Below, in pieces: positions 1 to 9,756 of a stretch of DNA of 64,000 nucleotides; the stretch's first letter is position 1; every line of letters begins with the position of its first letter. Location of the stretch: the NCBI GenBank assembly GCA_041662625.1, contig JBAZSB010000001.1, forward strand, positions 51,572 through 115,571. Direction: 5' to 3'. The notes beneath the pieces were generated by a model, which saw only the letters and a program-made list of their open reading frames with translations, did no database searches and was not told the DNA's origin. The DNA comes from Patescibacteria group bacterium (GTDB lineage: Bacteria; Patescibacteriota; Patescibacteriia; Buchananbacterales; UBA6539). A program made the position numbers and the translations under genes.

Positions 1-188
1 GGATGGGCATTGATTCCTCTTTCTCTCTGCACCCACGGGTTTCGGGCAACAAACTCTCTCTTGTCCTGATTACTGCTGCCTATCTGTGTCATGATTTTAT
101 TCTTGTCTCCTTTCGCCTTGGTGAATTCTCATTTCTCCGTTTCAGCCTATTATCTTAATCTCAGTAATCATTTTTGTCAAGACGGGTT

Positions 189-1691
189 ATGTTTAAAAAA
201 ATTACCTATCAACTTTTAATTATTTTGGCAATTTTGATTCTGGCAACGGTTTTTTTATCTTTTTTTTATAAAAATAAATCGCTTACCCCAACTAGCGAGG
301 TAAGTCAAACTGGAGTTAATAATATGGCTAAACAAATCATTCGCCAACCTGCTTTAGCCGGCAGCTTTTATCCGGGTCAAAAAGACGCTTTACAGAAAAT
401 GATTAATGATTTTTATGCTAATGTTTCAGCTCAAGAGTCAACCAGCACTCCCAGGATTTTAATTGTTCCCCATGCTGGCTATGTCTATTCTGGCCAAGTC
501 GCTTCTTATATTTTTAAACAGTTAGAAGGCACTGATATAAAACGGGCAATTATTCTTGGCCCGTCTCACCATTTTCCGGCTGCTGGTCTTTATATTTCTA
601 GTGCCACAGCTTGGCAGACACCTTTAGGCGAAGTCAAAGTAGCAGATTTGAATGATGAATTGGCCAAAGAAAATAATTTTGAGGTTAACGATTCAATCCA
701 TCAGCCCGAGCATGCCATTGAAATTGAGTTGCCGTTTTTACAGGCCATTCTTCCTAATATTGAAATTGTGCCAATTGTGGTAGGCGAATTAAATTCTCAA
801 GAGCAAACTGATTTTGCCCAAATTTTAAATAAATCTTTTGATGCCCAAACCGTTTTGGTTGTTAGTGTTGATTTATCACATTATCATCCTTACCAAGAAG
901 CAGAGAAGTTGGACAACCAATCAATTCAGGATATTTTAAATTTGGATGATATCGGCGTTATTGATGATGAAATTGACGCGCCTTGGGCGGTGGCTTCAAT
1001 TTTGAAATTAGCCAAGCAGAATGGCTGGCAGCCCAAGTTGTTGAAGTATGCGAATTCCGGTGATGTGACCGGCGATAAGTCGGCAGTGGTTGGGTACTCG
1101 GCCATTGGTTTTTACGGAGAGAGTAATAAAGCGATAGAGCGATATAGCGATAAAGATGAGTACAGTGAAGCGGAGAAAAAGGAATTGCTGCAAGTGGCCC
1201 GGGCAACAATTGAGCAGTATCTTAAAGAAGGAACAATTTACGAACCGAAAATCGAAAATCCAAAATTCAAAGAAAAGTGGGGCGTATTTGTGACCCTCAC
1301 TAAAAGTGGTCAGTTGCGGGGCTGCATCGGCTATATTCAACCAATTAAACCTTTACTTGAGGCAGTGCGGGATAATGCAATTTCGGCTGCCTTTGATGAC
1401 CCCCGTTTTTCGTCGGTTACCGCTTCAGAGTTGGATAAAATTGAGATTGAAATTTCGATTTTAACTGTTCCGCAAGCTGATACGGTGGCTAATATCATTA
1501 AAGGTAAACTCGGTACGGTTTTGGAAAATGGCAATTTGGGAGCGACTTATTTGCCCCAGGTTTGGGAGGATCTGACTGACCCAACGGAATTCTTTCAGAG
1601 TCTTTGTCGCAAAGGCGGTCTGCCTAAAGACTGTTACCAGGATAGCCAGACTAAAGTCTATTCTTACCGGGCGATTGTGTTTGGCGAATAA
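189..1691 (+). CDS. AmmeMemoRadiSam system protein B (MEMO1-like) fused to a C-terminal AMMECR1 domain (protein A); N-terminal TM anchor
   Basis: MEMO motif IVPHAGYVYSG and catalytic His/Asp pattern in the N half; AMMECR1-like GCIGY...LPQVW region in the C half. ATG at 189 preferred over the in-frame TTG at 174 used by the ORF track. Confidence 0.65.
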   Translation: MFKKITYQLLIILAILILATVFLSFFYKNKSLTPTSEVSQTGVNNMAKQIIRQPALAGSFYPGQKDALQKMINDFYANVSAQESTSTPRILIVPHAGYVYSGQVASYIFKQLEGTDIKRAIILGPSHHFPAAGLYISSATAWQTPLGEVKVADLNDELAKENNFEVNDSIHQPEHAIEIELPFLQAILPNIEIVPIVVGELNSQEQTDFAQILNKSFDAQTVLVVSVDLSHYHPYQEAEKLDNQSIQDILNLDDIGVIDDEIDAPWAVASILKLAKQNGWQPKLLKYANSGDVTGDKSAVVGYSAIGFYGESNKAIERYSDKDEYSEAEKKELLQVARATIEQYLKEGTIYEPKIENPKFKEKWGVFVTLTKSGQLRGCIGYIQPIKPLLEAVRDNAISAAFDDPRFSSVTASELDKIEIEISILTVPQADTVANIIKGKLGTVLENGNLGATYLPQVWEDLTDPTEFFQSLCRKGGLPKDCYQDSQTKVYSYRAIVFGE

Positions 1692-1737
1692 TTAGATTTG
1701 TTATCCTCTGCTTTTTTTGTTATAATTATGATGTATT

Positions 1738-2154
1738 ATGAGCCTTAAATCATTTTTATTATTGCTAATTTTAGGGACGCTTTTGGCCTGGCTGAGTTGG
1801 GGATTGATGCTTTTATATTTTGACCCAAGCCAAACCAGTCTTTTGGGTTTCAGCTTATTTTATCTCAGTTTATTTTTGGGTATAAGCGGCATTATCTTTC
1901 TGGTTGTTGATTGGCTCAAAGGAAAAATTTTTAAAAAACAGCTTTTATTGACTCGGCTTAAAAATTCAATCCGGCATGCCATTTTGTTTTCGATTTTGAT
2001 TCTCGGTTGGCTCCTGCTAAAAAGCCATGATTTATTACAGTGGTGGAATCTATTACTTTTCATTTTAGTTTTGACGACTTTAGAGTTTTTCTGCATGTCG
2101 ACTCAAAAGAATATCTATGAAGCAAAAAATTCAACAAATCAAAGAGCAGTTTAA
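1738..2154 (+). CDS. hypothetical small membrane protein (3-4 TM)
   Basis: Hydrophobic 138-aa ORF; its end overlaps the pheS start. No recognisable family. Confidence 0.35.
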   Translation: MSLKSFLLLLILGTLLAWLSWGLMLLYFDPSQTSLLGFSLFYLSLFLGISGIIFLVVDWLKGKIFKKQLLLTRLKNSIRHAILFSILILGWLLLKSHDLLQWWNLLLFILVLTTLEFFCMSTQKNIYEAKNSTNQRAV

Positions 2155-3148
2155 TGAGGAAATCAGTAAAATTTCTGATTTAGTTAAATTGGCCGAATTA
2201 GAAATCAGATATTTGGGCAGGAAAGCCGGGGAATTAACCCAGATTTTGCGGGGGTTAAAAACTGTCCCAGCCGACCAAAAAAAAGAAATCGGCCAGCTCG
2301 CCAATCAGCTGAAGCAAGAAATGGTGGAAAAAATCGAAACAGCAAAGAAAGTAATTAAGGGTCAGGCTATTAGTAGTGACTGGCTCGACGTTACTTTGCC
2401 GGGCGTTCAATGGCCGCAAGGTCATCTTCATCTGGTCACCCAGGCCATTTCCGAAATTACCGAAATTTTTGAACATGTTGGTTTTGTTCGCCGTCGTTAT
2501 CCTGAAGTTGAGTGGGATTTTTATGCTTTTGAATCTTTGAATATGCCGCCCGATCATCCGGCCCGCGATGAATGGGAAACTTTTTTTATTGATCCTAAGC
2601 CAGTTGGGCCCAAGGGCCAGCGGGTTTTAACGCCGCACACTTCTTCGGGTCAAGTCCGGGAAATGGAGCGCAAACATTTGCCGATTCGGATGATTAATAT
2701 TTCCAAGTGTTATCGCCGGCAAATTGATGTCTCGCACGCGCCGATGTTCCACCAGTTCGAAGGTTTGTTAATTGATAAAGACGTTACCATTGCCCATCTT
2801 AAGGGTACTTTAGATTATTTTGTCAAACAATTTTTTGGTCCCGATCGTAAAGCCAGGATCCGGCCGTTTCATTTTCAGTTCACTGAACCGAGTTTTGAAG
2901 TTGATGTTTCTTGTGGCCTTTGCGGCGGGAAAGGTTGTAAAATGTGCAAGGCCGGATGGTTAGAACTGGGCGGTGCTGGCATGGTTCATCCCAATGTCTT
3001 GAAAGCCGGCGGTATTGATCCCAAAAAATATTCCGGTTTTGCCTTTGGCTGGGGCGTGGAGCGGACTTATATGATGAAAGCCGGTTTAAGTATTCCTGAT
3101 ATCCGGATGCTTTATCAGAGTGATTTAAGGTTTCTTAATCAATTTTGA
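2117..3148 (+). CDS. pheS: phenylalanine--tRNA ligase alpha subunit
   Basis: Class II aaRS motifs (FTEPSFEVD, GWGVERTYMM, HPARD); immediately precedes pheT. Confidence 0.9.
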   Translation: MKQKIQQIKEQFNEEISKISDLVKLAELEIRYLGRKAGELTQILRGLKTVPADQKKEIGQLANQLKQEMVEKIETAKKVIKGQAISSDWLDVTLPGVQWPQGHLHLVTQAISEITEIFEHVGFVRRRYPEVEWDFYAFESLNMPPDHPARDEWETFFIDPKPVGPKGQRVLTPHTSSGQVREMERKHLPIRMINISKCYRRQIDVSHAPMFHQFEGLLIDKDVTIAHLKGTLDYFVKQFFGPDRKARIRPFHFQFTEPSFEVDVSCGLCGGKGCKMCKAGWLELGGAGMVHPNVLKAGGIDPKKYSGFAFGWGVERTYMMKAGLSIPDIRMLYQSDLRFLNQF

Positions 3149-3247
3149 ATTTCAAATTTTTAATTTCGAATGAATTTTTAATAATTCAATATTCTAATAT
3201 TCGAAATTGAATCAAAATTCTAATTTAAAAATTTGAAATTAATAACC

Positions 3248-5620
3248 ATGAATCTAAAAATATCCTACAATTGGCTCAAAGAATATCTTAAAACTGACAA
3301 ATCAGTTAATGAATTTGCCAAAGAGTTTTCTTTAAAAAGCCAAACTATCGACCGGATTGAACCAGTTAAGCCGAAATTTAAAGAGGTTATTACCGCTAAA
3401 ATTTTAGAAATTGAAAAACATCCCGGAGCGGATAAGTTAAAATTAGTTAAGCTGGATGCGGGCAAAACCAAACCAACAGTAGTTTGCGGCGCGCCAAATA
3501 TCAAAGCTGGCCAAGTTGTTCCTTTGGCCCTAGTTGGGGCAAAGGTTTTGGATCCAACTGAAGAAGGTAAGACTTTTACTATCAAAAAAGCCAAAATTAG
3601 AGACGTGGAAAGCAATGGCATGCTTTGCTCACAAAAAGAATTAGGTCTTGGCCAGGATCATACGGGAATCATGATTTTACCCGATAAAACGCCAATTGGG
3701 AAACCACTGGAAGAAATTTTAGATTTAAATGATTATCTTTTAGAAATTGAAGTTACCTCTAATCGGCCGGATGCCATGTCTGTGGTCGGCTTAGCCCGTG
3801 AGGCAGCCTCAGCGGTCGGTGGTAAATTCACTTTTGAAACCTCGCAGCCAAATTTAAAAGTCAGCCAAGCCAAACCGCTACTCGTTGAGGTCCTGGAGCC
3901 AAAACTTTGTCCCCGCTACCAAGCAGTAGTTATGACTGACGTCGAAGTCGGGCCTTCGCCTTTGTGGCTGCAAATTAGATTACTTTCAGCCGGTCTTCGG
4001 CCGATTAATAATTTAGTTGATATTACCAATTATATTTTGCTGGAATATGGCCGGCCGATGCATGTTTTTGATTACGAAAAGCTTGCCGGTCAAAAAATTA
4101 TTGTCCGCAAAGCCAAAGCGGGCGAGAAAATTTTAGCTTTAGATGGTAAGACTTATTCACTTAAGCCTGACCATTTGGTTATTGCTGACAGTAAAGTCCC
4201 CGTCGCTATCGGTGGGGTAATGGGCGGTGAAGATTCAGCCGCAACTTTTAAAACCAAAACCATTGTTTTTGAAGCGGCCGCTTTTGATCCGGTTTTGATC
4301 CGAAAAACCGCCCGTGAATTAAATTTACATTCTGAATCCTCTGATCTTTTTGAAAAAAATCTTCATTCTCAAACGACTTTAGACGGGATTTTGCGGGCAA
4401 TTGAATTAACGCAAAAATTAGCTAAAGGTATTGTCGCTTCTAATATTATTGATATCAGCGCTAAAAAATACCAGCCCACTAAAGTCAGTTTTGACCCCGC
4501 TAGTGTCAAGCGGCACTTAGGCGTGGAAATTCCCCTTGAACAAATTAAAAAGATTTTGGAATCCTTAGGATTTGGTGTTGCCGGATCTAAAATTTTAAAT
4601 GTGACTATTCCTTACTGGCGGGCTAACGACGTGGCTTTTGAGTATGATTTAATTGAAGAAATCGCCAGAATTTATGGTTATCATAATTTACCCACTCAGC
4701 TGCCCCAAGGCGAAATTCCCTTTGAGCCAAAAAATCCGTTGTTCTTTTGGGAAACTGTAGTTAAAAAAACTTTGGCCGCTTTAGGTTTCACCGAAAGCTA
4801 TAATTATTCCATGGTCTCCAAGGAATTGCTCCAGCAAGCCAAATTTCCGGCCCAAGATGCTTTAAAGATTTATAATCCTTTAAATGAGGAAATGGAATAT
4901 CTGCGGCCAACTCTTTTGCCCCAGGTTTTAAAGAATGTTGCTGATAATTTCAATAATTTTTCTGAGCAGAAAATTTTTGAGCTCAGTCATATCTATTTAG
5001 TCGGAAAAGATAACCAGTTGCCAACAGAACTGCCAAAACTGACCGGGGCGGTTTTGGGCCAAAATTCTTTTCTGGTGGCCAAAGGTGTAGTGGAAATTTT
5101 ACTGAAGGAAATAGGCATTTTTGGCTATCAGATGGTTTTGACTGATCCGGAGTGTCCTTTATGGGAAAAAGATCACACTTTGGATATTCGGCTTGGTAAA
5201 CAGTTTTTAGGGCAATTTGGCATTGTCCGAAAAAATATTTTAGAACATTTTGATCTTAAAAAGCCGGTGGCTTTGTTTGATTTTGATTTTAAAACTTTAG
5301 CGGAACTAGCCACAACCGTTAAAACTTACCGGCCCATTCCTGAATTTCCCAGTGTGACTCGTGATTTGGCGATTTTGGTTGACGAAAAATTAAGCTGGCA
5401 GGCAATTAGTCAATTAGTGAGTAAGGCCGATCCTTTGATTACTGAAGTTGAATATTTGAGCACTTTCGCTGACTCGGCTTTAGGCAAAGGTAAGAAAAGT
5501 TTGGCCTTGCGCTTGGTTTTTCGCAGTCGGCAAAGAACTCTAAAATCTGAAGAGGTAGATCAGGTCGTTGATAAAGTGATTAATAAGTTGGAAAAGAGTT
5601 TTGATGCTAAGTTGAGGTAA
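3248..5620 (+). CDS. pheT: phenylalanine--tRNA ligase beta subunit
   Basis: N-terminal tRNA-binding domain (NWLKEY...), B3/4 and B5 regions, 780 aa; ATG at 3248 with MNLKISYNWLKEYL. Confidence 0.9.
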   Translation: MNLKISYNWLKEYLKTDKSVNEFAKEFSLKSQTIDRIEPVKPKFKEVITAKILEIEKHPGADKLKLVKLDAGKTKPTVVCGAPNIKAGQVVPLALVGAKVLDPTEEGKTFTIKKAKIRDVESNGMLCSQKELGLGQDHTGIMILPDKTPIGKPLEEILDLNDYLLEIEVTSNRPDAMSVVGLAREAASAVGGKFTFETSQPNLKVSQAKPLLVEVLEPKLCPRYQAVVMTDVEVGPSPLWLQIRLLSAGLRPINNLVDITNYILLEYGRPMHVFDYEKLAGQKIIVRKAKAGEKILALDGKTYSLKPDHLVIADSKVPVAIGGVMGGEDSAATFKTKTIVFEAAAFDPVLIRKTARELNLHSESSDLFEKNLHSQTTLDGILRAIELTQKLAKGIVASNIIDISAKKYQPTKVSFDPASVKRHLGVEIPLEQIKKILESLGFGVAGSKILNVTIPYWRANDVAFEYDLIEEIARIYGYHNLPTQLPQGEIPFEPKNPLFFWETVVKKTLAALGFTESYNYSMVSKELLQQAKFPAQDALKIYNPLNEEMEYLRPTLLPQVLKNVADNFNNFSEQKIFELSHIYLVGKDNQLPTELPKLTGAVLGQNSFLVAKGVVEILLKEIGIFGYQMVLTDPECPLWEKDHTLDIRLGKQFLGQFGIVRKNILEHFDLKKPVALFDFDFKTLAELATTVKTYRPIPEFPSVTRDLAILVDEKLSWQAISQLVSKADPLITEVEYLSTFADSALGKGKKSLALRLVFRSRQRTLKSEEVDQVVDKVINKLEKSFDAKLR

Positions 5621-5704
5621 AACCGAATCAGGAATCATGAATTACGAATTAGGAGGCAAAGGAAATTCCTAATTCCTAATTCCTAATTCCTAATTCCTAA
5701 AAAT

Positions 5705-6001
5705 ATGTTTGAAACATCCAAAGACGTCCTTCTTCTGACCATTGCCGGAGCAGTGGCTTTGTTTACCATTTTTAGCTGCTGGGCGCTTTACTACGTGATT
5801 ATGATGCTGAAAAATGTCAGCAAAATGACCATTAGCGTGCGCGAGAAGCTGGAAACCGTTGATAAGATTTTAAAGCTAGTCAAAGAGAAACTGGAAAAAG
5901 GTTCAAATCACATGGCAGTTTTGGCCGATTCAGCAATCAAAATGGTGGGGTTTTTGATGGAAAAACAAAGTAAGGCTAGCGGTAAGAGGAAGAAAAAATA
6001 G
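5705..6001 (+). CDS. hypothetical small membrane protein
   Basis: 98-aa ORF with one TM and a lysine-rich tail; no SD; preceded by TTCCTAA heptad repeats. Confidence 0.35.
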   Translation: MFETSKDVLLLTIAGAVALFTIFSCWALYYVIMMLKNVSKMTISVREKLETVDKILKLVKEKLEKGSNHMAVLADSAIKMVGFLMEKQSKASGKRKKK

Positions 6002-6158
6002 AAATGAATTTTGAATTTTGAAATTTGAATTTTGATTCAATATTTAAATATTTTAATATTCGAAATTGATTCAAAATTAAAAATTATTATTTGCAGGGAA
6101 GACTTCTTTCCTTGGGAATCATTATTTTGTTAAGATTTCCAAAATTAAAATAATTACT

Positions 6159-9100
6159 ATGTCGTTTGTCCACCTCCACACCCATTCCCATTATTCTTTA
6201 TTGGATGGTTTAGCTAAAATTGATGGCTTAGTGAAAAAAGCCAAAGAATGCGGCATGCCGGCCTTGGCTTTAACCGATCACGGGGTCATGTATGGCTTAA
6301 TCGAATTTTATCAAAAAGCCAAAAAAGCTGGCATTAAACCAATTTTAGGGGTTGAAGCCTATGTTGCCCGAAACGGCCATCAGAATAAACGGCCGAAAGT
6401 TGACGATTCACCTTATCATCTGGTTTTATTAGCCAAAGATTTGGCTGGTTATAAAAATTTAATCAAATTGACTACCATCGCCCATCTTGATGGTTTTTAT
6501 TATAAACCGAGAATTGACTTGGAGCTTTTAGAAAAATATAGCGAAGGTTTAATCGGCCTTTCGGCCTGCCTTCAAGGCGAAGTGGCCAGGAATTTTATTA
6601 ATAATGATGATAAAGCGGCCGAAGAAGCGGCAAAACGGTACCAACAAATTTTAGGCAAGGGCAATTTTTATCTGGAGGTTCAGCACCATCCTAATATTAA
6701 TCATCAGGGGGGAGTTAATAATAAAATAATTGCTTTAGGTGATAAATTGAAAATTCCGGTGGTGGCGACTTGCGATATTCATTATCTTGATCCTGATGAT
6801 GATTATGCTCAGGATGTTTTATTATGTATTCAAACCAAAAAGATTTTAGCTGACACCGATCGAATGTCTTACATGGGCGAAGATTTTTCCTTGCGTCCAA
6901 TTGACCGGATGAAGCAGGACTGGGCAGAACACCCGGAAGTAATCAGTAACACCTTGACGGTTGCCGAAAAATGTAATGTTAAACTTGAGCTAGGTAAAAC
7001 TTTGTTGCCCCATTTTAAAGTGCCAAATAATAAGACAACGATGGAATATCTGACTGACTGGTGCCATGAAGGTTTAGCCAAGCGTTATGGCACGGCTAAA
7101 GTTGATGAAACGATTAAAACCCGGCTCAATTATGAGCTGGAGGTGATTGAAAAGACCGGCTTTGCTTCTTATTTTTTGATTGTGGCTGATTTTATCAATT
7201 GGGCAAAAAATAATGGCATTGTTGTCGGCCCGGGCCGTGGTTCAGCGGCCGGCAGCTTAGTTGCTTATTTGACTAATATTACTAATATTGATCCTTTAAA
7301 GTATAATTTGATTTTTGAACGATTTTTAAACCCGGAAAGAATTTCGATGCCAGATATTGACTCTGATTTTGCCGATACCCGGCGTGACGAAGTCATTAGT
7401 TATATTTCTGAAAAATATGGCCTCGATCACGTCGCCCAAATTATAACTTTTGGGACGATGGCGGCCCGGGCGGCCATTCGTGATGTCGGGCGGGTGATGG
7501 GTTTGCCTTATACATATTGTGATCGGGTGGCAAAAATGATTCCGATGTTTATGTCGCTTAGTCAAGCCATTAAAATGGTTCCTGATTTCCAGGAGGTGAT
7601 GGCTGATCCGGACGGTAAACGCTTAGTGGAGATTGCCAAAAAGCTAGAAGGTTGCGCTCGGCACGCTTCTACCCATGCTTGCGGCATTGTAGTTACCCCC
7701 GAATCGATGGCTAATTATGTCCCGCGCCAGCGTTCCAGCCAGAATGAAAATGAAGTAACCACTCAATACGAAATGCACGCTATCGAAGATTTGGGACTAC
7801 TGAAAATTGACCTTTTGGGTTTAAAGAATCTGACTATTATTGAAAATACCCTGGAGATTTTAAAAAAAGCCAGAGGCATCGAAATTAAAATTGATGAAAT
7901 TCCTTTGGATGATAAGCAGGCCTTTGAACTTTTAAAGAAGATTGAAACAACTGGTGTTTTTCAGTTGGAAAGTTCAGGAATGAAACGTTATTTAAAACAG
8001 CTGAAGCCAACAGAACTAGAAGACATCATTGCCATGGTTTCTTTGTATCGCCCCGGACCGATGGAATTTATTCCCGATTATATCAAGGCTAAACATGGCC
8101 AACAGAAAGTTTATTATCTTGATGAACGGATGAAGCCAATTTTGGAAAAGACTTATGGCATTATTGTTTATCAAGAGCAGCTGATGGAAATTGCCCGGGA
8201 ACTGGCTGGATTCTCTTACAGTGAAGCTGATGTTTTGCGCAAAGCAGTCGGTAAAAAAATTGCTAGCCTGCTTCATGAACAGGAAGAAAAAATGATTTCA
8301 GGTATGGTTAATAATGGCATCAAACCCAAGGTGGCTAAACAAATTTGGGATTACATTTTGCCTTTTGCCCGTTACGGCTTCAATCGCTCGCATGCGGCCT
8401 GCTATGCCATGATTGCCTATCAAACCGCCTACCTTAAATCCCACTACCCTTCGGAATTTATGGCTTCACTTTTGACTGCTGACCATGGTAATATCGATCG
8501 GATTGCTATTGAAGTCGAAGAATGCCGTCAGATGGGTATTGACGTCTTGCCACCGGACATCAATGAAAGTTTTTCAACTTTTACAGTGGTTTATGATTCT
8601 TTAGACGTCCGCCAAGATAAAGAGAGCAAAAAAATCCGTTTTGGCCTGAGTGCGGTTAAAAATTTAGGCGAAAATATCATTCGTGAGGTTATCAAGGAAA
8701 GAAAAAATAACGGGCCTTACAAAACTTTGACCGATTTATTAAGTCGGGTAAAAACCAAAGATTTGAATAAGAAATCGCTGGAAGCTTTGGTTAAATCGGG
8801 GGCGTTTGATAATTTAGGTGAACGCAATCAATTGCTTTATAATATGGATAAACTTTTGGTCTTTGTCAAAAATATTAATCAGGAGGCCGAAAGTAAACAG
8901 TCAAGCCTTTTCGGGATGATGGCTACCTCTACCGCCTTACCTAAACTCAATTTGGATAATATTGAAACTGCGACCGATAAGCAAAAATTAAATTGGGAGA
9001 AAGAATTTTTAGGTCTTTACGTCTCCGCCCATCCTTTGGCGGAATTTGGCGCTCAGTTGCGCAATCAGATTGTTCCAGTCAAAGAATTGCTTGATAGCAA

Positions 9101-9704
9101 TAACCATCGTGACCAGACCCTGAAAGTGGCCGGCGTCATCAGTAAGGTTAAAAAGATTATCACTAAAAAAGGTGAGCCGATGTTATTTGTCCGGATCGAG
9201 GATACCACTAATGGCATTGAGGTTTTGGTTTTCCCCAGTATTTTGAAAGCTAATCCCGAAGTTTGGCAAGAAGACAAAGTAATCCTAATGAATTGTCGAC
9301 TTTCGGATAAAGACGGAGAAAGCAAACTGATTTGTAATCAAGCCAGGGAACTAGACCCTAAAAATATTTCTTCAGTAATCAGAGAATTGGATCAGCTGGC
9401 CCAAACTAATGGCTACCTGCACCATTCCTTCAATAATCATCAAACCGCTAGCCGATCAGAGCTTTTAATCGAAGGCAACGCCTATATTATTTTGCCCCAA
9501 GCCATCGGCGCTGATATCACCGAAAAACTGAAAGGAATTATTAAAAAATATCCGGGTCGATACAAAGCCTGCCTGTTAATCAAAAGTTCGGCCGGCTTCA
9601 AAAGAATTGCCACTAATTTTTTGGTTGACGATGGCAAAAAAATCAAACAAGAGGTTGAAGAAATTTTAGGTGAAAATACCTTTCGGACGGAAAAAATAGG
9701 CTGA
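6159..9704 (+). CDS. dnaE: DNA polymerase III alpha subunit
   Basis: PHP domain start MSFVHLHTHSHYSLLDG; polymerase core motifs; 1181 aa. Confidence 0.9.
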   Translation: MSFVHLHTHSHYSLLDGLAKIDGLVKKAKECGMPALALTDHGVMYGLIEFYQKAKKAGIKPILGVEAYVARNGHQNKRPKVDDSPYHLVLLAKDLAGYKNLIKLTTIAHLDGFYYKPRIDLELLEKYSEGLIGLSACLQGEVARNFINNDDKAAEEAAKRYQQILGKGNFYLEVQHHPNINHQGGVNNKIIALGDKLKIPVVATCDIHYLDPDDDYAQDVLLCIQTKKILADTDRMSYMGEDFSLRPIDRMKQDWAEHPEVISNTLTVAEKCNVKLELGKTLLPHFKVPNNKTTMEYLTDWCHEGLAKRYGTAKVDETIKTRLNYELEVIEKTGFASYFLIVADFINWAKNNGIVVGPGRGSAAGSLVAYLTNITNIDPLKYNLIFERFLNPERISMPDIDSDFADTRRDEVISYISEKYGLDHVAQIITFGTMAARAAIRDVGRVMGLPYTYCDRVAKMIPMFMSLSQAIKMVPDFQEVMADPDGKRLVEIAKKLEGCARHASTHACGIVVTPESMANYVPRQRSSQNENEVTTQYEMHAIEDLGLLKIDLLGLKNLTIIENTLEILKKARGIEIKIDEIPLDDKQAFELLKKIETTGVFQLESSGMKRYLKQLKPTELEDIIAMVSLYRPGPMEFIPDYIKAKHGQQKVYYLDERMKPILEKTYGIIVYQEQLMEIARELAGFSYSEADVLRKAVGKKIASLLHEQEEKMISGMVNNGIKPKVAKQIWDYILPFARYGFNRSHAACYAMIAYQTAYLKSHYPSEFMASLLTADHGNIDRIAIEVEECRQMGIDVLPPDINESFSTFTVVYDSLDVRQDKESKKIRFGLSAVKNLGENIIREVIKERKNNGPYKTLTDLLSRVKTKDLNKKSLEALVKSGAFDNLGERNQLLYNMDKLLVFVKNINQEAESKQSSLFGMMATSTALPKLNLDNIETATDKQKLNWEKEFLGLYVSAHPLAEFGAQLRNQIVPVKELLDSNNHRDQTLKVAGVISKVKKIITKKGEPMLFVRIEDTTNGIEVLVFPSILKANPEVWQEDKVILMNCRLSDKDGESKLICNQARELDPKNISSVIRELDQLAQTNGYLHHSFNNHQTASRSELLIEGNAYIILPQAIGADITEKLKGIIKKYPGRYKACLLIKSSAGFKRIATNFLVDDGKKIKQEVEEILGENTFRTEKIG

Positions 9705-9756
9705 GCCCATTAACCGTCGGATTGCCAATTTAACAATTTTTTTATATTATTAAGTC

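Noticed and set aside
958-1534. Antisense ORFs inside established genes, e.g. 958-1209-, 1008-1340-, 3265-3621-, 17663-17995+, 25536-25850+, 28979-29401+, 44862-45119-
   Set aside because: They are embedded opposite well-supported conserved genes and lack SDs and recognisable motifs, so they are treated as spurious.
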